DNA of 64,000 nt, taken from an uncultured Acidobacteriota bacterium. GTDB taxonomy: Bacteria; Acidobacteriota; Vicinamibacteria; Vicinamibacterales; SCN-69-37. Positions 26,831 to 34,821 of this stretch are shown in pieces. The notes beneath the pieces were generated by a model. It was not told the origin of the DNA, did not search any database, and worked only from the letters and a program-made list of their open reading frames with translations. The stretch lies in NCBI GenBank assembly GCA_963780895.1, contig CAWAEG010000007.1:128289-192288 (forward strand), given 5' to 3'. A program made the translations under genes and the position numbers. The first letter of the stretch is position 1. The number at the start of each line of letters is the position of its first letter.

Positions 26831-26887
26831 GGCCTCACGTCCGACGCTGCCAGTCTGTTCCCGAAACCGTGGGAGAATGCCGCCGCA

Positions 26888-28702
26888 ATGGCCAAGAAGT
26901 CACGCCCCACCTCGAGTCCGACCGAGCCTCCCGTTCAATCAGCGTCGACCACTGTTGAAGCCGAGCGGGCGATCGTTGTCGCCCGCGGAGGCCAACGCCG
27001 GATCGACGTCACGCTCGTGCACGGCAGCATCCTCGACGTGCCGACACGCGCGATCGTGCTCGGACTGTTTCGAAACGTCGATCCCGGCGGCGCGGCGAAG
27101 GCGATCGACAATCGTCTCGGCGGCGCGCTGACCGAGCTGATGCGATCGCGGACGGTGTCGGCCGAGGCCGGCACGGTCTTCGTTCTTCCCACGGCACGCA
27201 CCGGCCTCCTCGCCGAGATGGTCGTCTTCGCCGGCCTCGGGCCGTTCGATCGATTCAATTCGAGCGTGATCCAGCTCGTCTCCTCGAACCTCGTCCGGAC
27301 GCTCGTGCGGGGCAACGTCGAGGAATTCTCGGCGGTGCTCTTCGGCGGCGGCTCCGGTTTCGACGTGCGCGAATGCGCGCAGCACCTGCTCCGCGGCGTC
27401 CTCGGCAGCTTGCGCGACGTCGATCCGAGTCACCGGTTTCGCGGCATCACGATCTGCGAGCTGGACGCGGCGAAGTTCGATCAAATCCGCGACGAGATCT
27501 ACAAAGGCTGCCGGGACGAGTTCTGCCGCGACGTCGACGTGGTCGTGCGCGAACGGCGGCTGCCGGTCCCCGAACGCACGCCGGTCCGGACAGGCGCCCC
27601 GGCGGTCAAGCCGAAGCCGGGCGAAGGCGAGCCGCTGTACCTGCTCGTGCGCACCGATGCCGCGACGAGCACGAAGCTGACGCTTCGGTGTGCCGTGTTG
27701 ACGTCGGGCAGCAAGGCCGCGGTGCTCGAGGGCGTGTGCGAGGTCCCGCGGCGTGCGCTCGATTCGGAACTGGGCGCGATCGAGGACCTGAGCTTCAATA
27801 CGGCGGTGCTCACGAAGCTCGGCCAGCGGCTGGCGCGCCTCGCGCTGCCCGAGTCCGTCAGGACCGAGCTGGCCAAGTCCAAACCGCGGCACGTCGCGGT
27901 CGTGCACGATTTGGAATCCGCGCGTCTGCCGTGGGAATGCCTCGACCTCGACGGTTGGATTCCCGCGCTGACCGGCGGCATGAGCCGCCGCTACGTCGCG
28001 AACAACCTGGCGGTCGGCCGGTGGTCGGAACATCGCGTCACCGACCGCGAGCTGGCCTTGCTGCTCATCGTCGATCCGACGAGCGATTTGCCGGGTGCAG
28101 TGGTCGAATCCGAGGGCATTCGCAAGCTCGTCGCGGCCGACCCGCGCGTCCGCGTGACCACGCTCGTGAAGGGCGAGGCGACGCGGGACGCCGTGCTGCA
28201 CCACTTCCGCTCAGAACGCTTCGACGCCATTCACTACGCCGGCCATGCCCATTTCGATCCGCAGGTGGTGGGTGAGAGCGGGATCCGCTGTGCGGACGGC
28301 CCGTTGCGCGCGCTCGATCTCCTGAACCTGCGCAGCCTGCCGCCGTTGCTCTTCTTCAACGCGTGCGAGTCCGGCCGGTTGAGGAAGCTGAGGAAGCTGC
28401 GGTCCGACCGCAGCGAGCCGTCGCGGAAAGCCGCGCGGAAGACGCTTTCGGATACGGTCGGATTCGCCGAGGCGTTCATGAGATACGGCGTCATGAATTA
28501 CGTGGGGACCTACTGGCCGGTCGGCGACGACTCGGCGGCCGGCTTCGCGCGCGCGTTCTACAGCGCGCTGCTCGACGGACAGGCGATAGGCCCGGCGCTC
28601 ATCAGCGGCCGGCAAGTGGTGCAGAAGACGGACTCAGTGGACTGGGCGGATTACATCCATTACGGGGATCCGCGGTTCACGCTCAAGAAATCCACATCGT
28701 GA
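26888..28702 (+). CDS. CHAT-domain (caspase-fold) protease with N-terminal macro-like / LAP-N-like domain
   Basis: Start at ATG 26888 (MAKKSRP...). C-terminal His/Cys dyad in IHYAGHAHFD and LLFFNACESG. The N-terminal ~170 aa (IVLGLF...AAKAIDNRLGGALTEL...VVFAGLGP) resembles the macro-like N-domain of M17 aminopeptidases. Confidence 0.8.
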   Translation: MAKKSRPTSSPTEPPVQSASTTVEAERAIVVARGGQRRIDVTLVHGSILDVPTRAIVLGLFRNVDPGGAAKAIDNRLGGALTELMRSRTVSAEAGTVFVLPTARTGLLAEMVVFAGLGPFDRFNSSVIQLVSSNLVRTLVRGNVEEFSAVLFGGGSGFDVRECAQHLLRGVLGSLRDVDPSHRFRGITICELDAAKFDQIRDEIYKGCRDEFCRDVDVVVRERRLPVPERTPVRTGAPAVKPKPGEGEPLYLLVRTDAATSTKLTLRCAVLTSGSKAAVLEGVCEVPRRALDSELGAIEDLSFNTAVLTKLGQRLARLALPESVRTELAKSKPRHVAVVHDLESARLPWECLDLDGWIPALTGGMSRRYVANNLAVGRWSEHRVTDRELALLLIVDPTSDLPGAVVESEGIRKLVAADPRVRVTTLVKGEATRDAVLHHFRSERFDAIHYAGHAHFDPQVVGESGIRCADGPLRALDLLNLRSLPPLLFFNACESGRLRKLRKLRSDRSEPSRKAARKTLSDTVGFAEAFMRYGVMNYVGTYWPVGDDSAAGFARAFYSALLDGQAIGPALISGRQVVQKTDSVDWADYIHYGDPRFTLKKSTS

Positions 28703-28713
28703 GCATCGTACGG

Positions 28714-31392
28714 TCAGCGAACGTTCAGGTGTCCTCTCAGCCGGATGTCCTTCGATGAGCTGCCAATCATGATGCGAAAGGATCCGGGTTCGACGACCCA
28801 GCGCAGATCGCGGTCGAGCATCCGCAGCTCGCGAGCGCCCAGCTCGAACGCCACCTCGCGGCGTTCGCCGGGCTCCAGGCGCACGCGCCTGAACGTCTTC
28901 AGCTCCATGACAGGGCGCGCGACCGTCGCGAGAACATCGCGCACGTACAGCTGCACGACCTCGTCGCCAGCCCGGCCGCCTGAATTCCTGACGGCGAACC
29001 GGATGGTCGCCGCCGTCGTCGGCGCGATGTCGGCCGGATCGATCGACAGGTCCGAATACTCGAACGTCGTGTAGCTCAACCCAAAGCCAAACGGAAACAG
29101 CGGCTGCCCCGTGAGGTCGACATAGTCGTCGCCCCGGCCGGTGGGCTTGTGGTTGTAGGACAGCGGCAACTGGCCTTCGGCGACCGGAAAGGTGATCGGC
29201 AGCCGGCCGCTCGGATTGGCGTCGCCGAACAGGATGTCGGCGACGGCGTCGCCGCCTGCTTCGCCCGGATACCAGGCGTCGAGCACGGCGCCGGCTCGAT
29301 CGAGCCACGACATCGTGATGGCGCTGCCCCCAATGAGCACGACGACGGTCGGCTTGCCCGTTGCGGCGACGGCCTCGATGAGCGCCGGCTGGCGGCCGGG
29401 CAGGCCCAGCAGAGCGCGATCGCGAAACTCGCCCTCCTCGACGCCAGCCACGACAATCGCGACATCGCTTTCCCTCGCGGCCGCGACCGCCTGATCGATC
29501 GCCGCGCGCGAGTCGTCGACGACGCCGGCATCCCACACCAGCCGCAGCCGCGCGTTGCCCGTGGTCTCGTAGTACTCCAACCGGATCCGGCGGCTCATTC
29601 CCGGCCCCAGGGCAACGTCGGCGATGCGTCTGCCGAACGACTGCTTTTTCCAGTTGTCGATGACGAGCTGTTCATCGAGGTAGAGCCGGTACCCATCATT
29701 GCCTTCGACGCCAATCCGCGCGACACCGGCGGCTGGCGCCGTGAGTGTGCCGGTCCATCGGGCCGAGTACCAGTCGAATGGAATGCCGCGGCCGGGCGAG
29801 TTGAGGGTCCAGCGAAAGTCCATGCGCGTGTCGGTGCGCGTCAGTCGAGGCGGCCCCTGGAGCGCCGGGTTGTCGAAGTATTCGCCGGCGAGACCGCGCG
29901 CCTCCTGCCCTGCGGAAACCGACGCAAGCGCCGAGGCTGGAACCGTCTCGAACTCGCGGATCGTTCGGCCCGGGCCTGGCGCAAAACGGACCGTCGCCGA
30001 CGGCCCGAGCGCACGACGAATGCCCTCGAGAATCGAGACGCTCCCGTTGCCGGGACCGCTGTACCCGCCAAGGCGTGCTTCGGTGGCATCGGAGCCGATC
30101 ACGGCGACCGACTTCACGGGCCTGGCGATCGGCAGCAGGTGCGCATCGTTCTTGAGCAGGACGATCGATGCCCGGGCGGCCTCACGCGCCAGCGCGCGAT
30201 GGTCGGCGTGACCATTGATCACTGCGGCCGCCTCGACATCGACGTACGGCTGCTCGAACAGGCCCAGCTCGAACTTCACGCGGAGCACCCGCGAGACCGC
30301 CGCGTCGATCGTCGCGATCGGGATGAGGCCGCGCTGGAACGCGTCGAGGTACGGCCGCTGCTGGCCGTACGACGACTGAAAGACGACGTCCAGCCCGGCT
30401 TCGAAGGCGTGCGCGGCCGCCGTGCCCGTGTTCGCCTCGGTCATGTGCAGAACCGTCGCGCCGCTCGTGGCCGAGGCGTCCGAGATCACGAACCCCTTGA
30501 ATCCCCAGTCGCGCTTCAGGATGTCCGTCAGGAGCCGCCGATTTTGTGTTGCCGGCGATCCGTCGATGGAGTTGTAGGCCGTCATGACCGAGCGTGCGCC
30601 GGCCTCCAGGGCCGCCACGAACGGTGGGAAGTACCGTTCGGCCAGCGCACGTTCACTGTGATCGATCGGATAGCTGTCGCGGCCGCCCTCGCCGACGTTG
30701 GCCACGAAATGTTTCGGCGTCGCGACGACGCCCGCCCGCTCGAAGGCGTTGACGTAGGTGCGGCCCATCGCGGCGGAAAGCACGGGATCCTCTCCATACG
30801 TTTCCTCGACGCGTCCCCATCGCACGTCGTCCGCGATGTTGACGACCGGCGACAGCACCTGGCGAATGCCCCGGCTCCGAGTCTCGCGGGCGATGGCATC
30901 CGCGACACGCGCGACGACAGATTCGTCCCAGGTCGCCGCGAGCGCGATGGCCGATGGGAACATCGTCGCGCCTTCGCGGGTCAGGCCGTGAACGGCTTCC
31001 TCGAACGGAATGATCGGGATCCCGAGGCGTGTTTTCTCGACGAAGTACCGCTGGATCGTGTTGATTCGCTGAGCGTGAGCACGCGCGAGCGCAGCCGGCG
31101 TTGCGGCGCCTGATCGATCGGGAGATCGGTCCCCTTGCGACCCGGTCGAAATCTGCAGTCCAAAAATGCCGTGAGAGTAGTCGTTGGCCGGCGTATCGAG
31201 ATCGCCGGGGATCATGAACAGCTGCCAGAATTTCTCTTCGAGGGTCATCCGCGCGAGGAGGTCGCGCACACGCTCGTCGATCGGCAGGCTCGCGTTCCGA
31301 TATTGCGGCGTCGGCTCCTGAAACGCCCAGGTCGAGGCCGCCAGCAGCAGCGGACCCAGCAACGCCAGGCGCCGTGTGCCCCAGATCACCAT
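28714..31392 (-). CDS. GH3 beta-glucosidase with inserted PA14 domain
   Basis: 892 aa. Signal peptide and the GH3 opening LTLEEKFWQLFMIPG. The PA14-like segment is GLAGEYFDNPALQG...YSARWTGTL...GNDGYRLYLD. Confidence 0.9.
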   Translation of the reverse strand: MVIWGTRRLALLGPLLLAASTWAFQEPTPQYRNASLPIDERVRDLLARMTLEEKFWQLFMIPGDLDTPANDYSHGIFGLQISTGSQGDRSPDRSGAATPAALARAHAQRINTIQRYFVEKTRLGIPIIPFEEAVHGLTREGATMFPSAIALAATWDESVVARVADAIARETRSRGIRQVLSPVVNIADDVRWGRVEETYGEDPVLSAAMGRTYVNAFERAGVVATPKHFVANVGEGGRDSYPIDHSERALAERYFPPFVAALEAGARSVMTAYNSIDGSPATQNRRLLTDILKRDWGFKGFVISDASATSGATVLHMTEANTGTAAAHAFEAGLDVVFQSSYGQQRPYLDAFQRGLIPIATIDAAVSRVLRVKFELGLFEQPYVDVEAAAVINGHADHRALAREAARASIVLLKNDAHLLPIARPVKSVAVIGSDATEARLGGYSGPGNGSVSILEGIRRALGPSATVRFAPGPGRTIREFETVPASALASVSAGQEARGLAGEYFDNPALQGPPRLTRTDTRMDFRWTLNSPGRGIPFDWYSARWTGTLTAPAAGVARIGVEGNDGYRLYLDEQLVIDNWKKQSFGRRIADVALGPGMSRRIRLEYYETTGNARLRLVWDAGVVDDSRAAIDQAVAAARESDVAIVVAGVEEGEFRDRALLGLPGRQPALIEAVAATGKPTVVVLIGGSAITMSWLDRAGAVLDAWYPGEAGGDAVADILFGDANPSGRLPITFPVAEGQLPLSYNHKPTGRGDDYVDLTGQPLFPFGFGLSYTTFEYSDLSIDPADIAPTTAATIRFAVRNSGGRAGDEVVQLYVRDVLATVARPVMELKTFRRVRLEPGERREVAFELGARELRMLDRDLRWVVEPGSFRIMIGSSSKDIRLRGHLNVR

Positions 31393-31544
31393 CGGTCGTA
31401 CACCGCGATGAGTCTATGTCGAAGGGCCGCCGCTTGCCGCAAGGCAGCGTGATCGGCCGCCTGCCTCGCGGCGCTCGCAAAGGTCGGTCACCGGAACACG
31501 CGACACCGATCTGGAAAACGCTGTAGGGGGCCGCAATCCACCGG

Positions 31545-33711
31545 TCACTTGCCGCAGGCGTCGCGTTCCCGCTGCAGCGTCCGGTGCTGACCCGTCCGTT
31601 GAATGGCGCCATCCTTTTCTGACTGGGCGAACGCATTCAGCGCGCCCGGACAGTCGCCCAGATTCCTGAGCGCGACGCCGAGGAAATACTTCGGGAGGTA
31701 TTGCTCCGTGTTGCCGAAGCCGCTGATCGTGATTCGCTCGGTGCTCTCGGTGCCGTTGAGCGCAATCGCCTCGGTCAGGAGCCGGCGCACCTCCGGCCAC
31801 TGCCGTTTGTCCCGTGCAAGCATCGCCTTTCTGAAGGTCTCACGGTAATCGCCGCCCTTGGGCGGCGACGGCGGCGGTTCTTTCTCCGGTGGCTTCTTGT
31901 CCACCGGTTTGGGCTCGTCCGGCGGTGGTGGCAGCGTGTACCCGCTTGTCGGCATTCCGGCGCCACCGGTCGGTAGCTTCTTGCTGAGATCTTCGGCCTT
32001 GGCCTGCACGACGGCGGCCTTCTGCTGTTCCTGGACGACCGCCTGGTTCAGATCGGTGTACTGGTCCTGAGCGGCTTTTGCCTTTGCCGTGGCGACGTTG
32101 GCCTTGGCCTCGGTGGCCGCGGCGCCCGTCGTATCACCTGCGCGCGCCAGCACACCGGCTTGCTGGAAAAGCGTCTGGGCTTCCTCGAATCCGGAGATGG
32201 CTGACGCCTGCGCCAGCTTCGCCTTCTCCTGCAGGTCCTTCACGCGGGCGTCCGCGGCAAAAAATTCTTCCTGCAGTGCCTTGAGCTCGAGTGCTGTGGC
32301 TTGCAGGCGGCGGCGCTGCTGCTGAGCGAAGAATGAGAGCACGAGCACCGCGAAGAGCAGCACCCCTGTGACGCTCAGCAGGCCGAACAGCAGCCGGCGC
32401 TGTTTGCGAAGCCGCGTCGCGGCCTGCGCTTCGTGCTCGGCCCGCTGCCGCTGCTCCTCGGCGCGCGCTTCGGCCTCGGCCCGCTCCGCGGCCGACGTGT
32501 ACCGATTGCGCCACTCCAGAACCGCGCCGGCCAGCACGTCATGAAAAATCTGATAACACTCGAGCGACGGCTGGTCTGGCGGCGGCGCGACGGGGACGAG
32601 GATGCGGTTTTCGCCGCTCGAGAGCCGGACGAGTAATGGCTGAATCCGCTCTGGCTGGCGCTTGGCGTAGTGCGCGAGATCGTCGAGGCTCAGCGCGATC
32701 TTCGTCCCTGACGGCGTCACCAGGAACTGGAAGATCGCCGCGGCGGCCTTGCGCTCTTCTTCGGTCAGGGCATCGAGCGCCGCGTCGAGATGCGTGGCGA
32801 CGATGTGCCCCGCGCCGCCGAGCCGTTCGAGCGTGGACGCGCGCAGCTCACGCGATCCGGCGGCCGTCTCTTCCTGCCAGAGCCGGGTGAGAACAAGCTG
32901 CAGGTACGGGGTCTCGACGCGGTCCTCGTGCGTGCGGCCGTCGCCTGACATGCCCAGCCGGCCTTTGCCCGTCCCCGCGATCGCCACGCGGCCTGTCGTC
33001 ACCTGGTTCAGCACCAGCTCGACCAGCTTGGGATCCATCTTCATCGGCGGCGTGCCCGGCGGCAGCCGTTTGTTGAACTGGTCGATAGGCTTGACGATGG
33101 CGTCGCGCGCCTGGGTGCGCTCGAGGTGATCGATCCGGAGATAGTTGTCGAAGAGATTCGGAATCCGGCCTTTGAAGAAATCGAGCTTCGCGATCGAGTC
33201 CTCGCGCATCGAGACGAGGAAGCTCACGCGGAGGTCGCTCCGGTTGACGACGCGCGGGAACTCGACCGCGAAGGTGCCAGGGCCGTCGGCGGTGCTGTGG
33301 TAGAGGAAATACTCCTCGAACTGATCGAGGATGATCAGCAAATCGCTTTCGACGGCCTCGGTCGCGTTCACCAATCGATCGGCGAACGTGTTCCCGGCGG
33401 CCGCGCGTCCGATCTCGCGTCCAAGCGCGCGTTCGAGGCCCGCGAGCGGATCGTCCCGCCACGTCCGGAAGATGACGATGCCGAATTCGGGTTTGCCTCG
33501 GGTCGGTTCGCGCCTGGTCCTCGCGCAGGTGGTGCGCGACGCCGGCGTTCAGGACGGAGCTCTTGCCGACGCCGCTCGGGCCGTAGAGCAGCGTCAGGCG
33601 CGACGCCATCAGGTTGGCGGTGATGATTTCCCGTTCGGCTTCGCGTCCAAAGAAGAAGTCAGCCTGTTCCTCGGTGAACGGCATCAGCCCGGCGTACGGG
33701 CATTCAGGCAT
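31545..33711 (-). pseudogene. nSTAND-type P-loop NTPase with TM helix and extracytoplasmic coiled-coil/Pro-rich/TPR-like tail; apparent +1 frame disruption near 33505-33548
   Basis: The N-terminus MPECPYAGLMPFTEEQADFFFGREAEREI...LLYGPSGVGKSSVLNAGVAHHLRED is in the frame of track ORF 32848..33711. The continuation EPTRGKPEFGIVIFRTWRDDPL...ESDLLIILDQFEEYF (Walker B) is in the frame of ORF 31545..33374. The TM helix LLFGLLSVTGVLLFAVLVLSFFA is encoded at 32325-32393. Confidence 0.65.
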
Positions 33712-34684
33712 GCGGCGCCGCCTCGGCCTGCGGGAGGAGCCGCAAGCGGCCGCGCACGGCCGCGATGTAGCGCGCCAGGTCGATGTCCAGGATGTCCACG
33801 TCGCGGCGGCCCCAGAACTTCTCGTCGAGCGTCGTCGGATGCCGCTGGATCGCCCAGGACTGATAGTTCAGCCGCTGTTCGCCGGCGATCCGGTGCAGGA
33901 TGACGCGCAGGTTCCAGTCGCGGAGGCCGTATCCGAGAAACAGAAAGTGGCTCTTGCGCAGCTTGGCGGTGAGCGTCACCGGAATCAGGTTCGCGAGATC
34001 CGTGCGCGTCAGGTAGTCGATGTAGTGGTCTTCGGTGATGACGTAGCTGTCGGCCTCGCCGTCGGCGACCGAGCGGTTGATCGCGCCGTGAATCTTCAGA
34101 ATGATCGTGCGCTTCTCGAGCGAGAGATCGCGGTACTGGTTCGGGATGTCGATCACGCGGGAGTTGCCGTCGGGATCCGTGTGCTGGAACTTGCCCTTGG
34201 TCTCGCCTTCGGAGATGTACGTCACCAGGTCGAACGGTTCCTTTGCATCCTGAAACGCCCGCTCCAGCACGTCGTCGTAATTCGTGCTCACGATCAGCTG
34301 GTGCCGGGAGGGGTGGCCTTTGTCGCGCAGTAGCGAAGGAAGCTCCGCGAGCAGCCGGTGCAGGGCGGTCGGCGGGTAGTCGTGATCGAAGACGTCGTGG
34401 AGCGACCCGAAGAGCCCGCCGGTGCCGGTGGTGAGCGCGACGAACTGCGACACGCGTGTCAGGTCGGCTTCGCCCGAGAACTTGAATTCCTTCGCGAGGT
34501 GGGCGGACAGCTCGCTGCCGCTCGGCAGGTACGCCCTCGTCGGATGGGGCCAGGCCACGTCCGGCGGCCGGCCGCACAGGTTCGCGCCGGCGCCGAGGAA
34601 CGGCACGACCCGGCCGTCGAGCAGGAACGTGATCAGGTTCCCGTAGTGCTGCTGAAGCGTTGCGTCGATGGGCTGGCAGCGCAT
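33704..34684 (-). CDS. SIR2-like (SIR2_2 family) protein, putative NADase effector
   Basis: 326 aa with the motif order VPFLGAGAN, IVSTNYDDVLE, LKIHGAI and FLFLGYGLRDWN. Its TGA overlaps the ATG of the NTPase gene (ATGCCTGA, 33704-33711). Confidence 0.75.
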   Translation of the reverse strand: MRCQPIDATLQQHYGNLITFLLDGRVVPFLGAGANLCGRPPDVAWPHPTRAYLPSGSELSAHLAKEFKFSGEADLTRVSQFVALTTGTGGLFGSLHDVFDHDYPPTALHRLLAELPSLLRDKGHPSRHQLIVSTNYDDVLERAFQDAKEPFDLVTYISEGETKGKFQHTDPDGNSRVIDIPNQYRDLSLEKRTIILKIHGAINRSVADGEADSYVITEDHYIDYLTRTDLANLIPVTLTAKLRKSHFLFLGYGLRDWNLRVILHRIAGEQRLNYQSWAIQRHPTTLDEKFWGRRDVDILDIDLARYIAAVRGRLRLLPQAEAAPHA

Positions 34685-34720
34685 GATGCGGCGTCGTCCT
34701 CCGCTGAAACTCGTGACCCT

Positions 34721-34821
34721 AGGGCCGTTCTCACTTTCCTGTAGCGAGCTAATTGCTCAATTCTGCCGAAAGTCTCGCGACCCTTGTCGATTTTGCTCTA
34801 CGAGGAAGTGAGAACAGCCCT
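34721..34821. repeat. ~100-nt inverted-repeat element, copy 2 (arms agggccgttctcactttcc / ggaagtgagaacagccct)
   Basis: Arms at 34721-34739 and 34804-34821. It starts 36 nt upstream of the SIR2 ATG, and its distal arm covers the stop codon of the FadL-like gene. Colinear with the 5321-5419 copy. Confidence 0.7.

Noticed and set aside
25477-31113. Long ORFs 25477..26736 (+), 26939..28204 (-) and 29149..31113 (+)
   Set aside because: Each mirrors a confidently assigned gene on the other strand (peroxidase, CHAT, GH3), and none has a recognisable domain.
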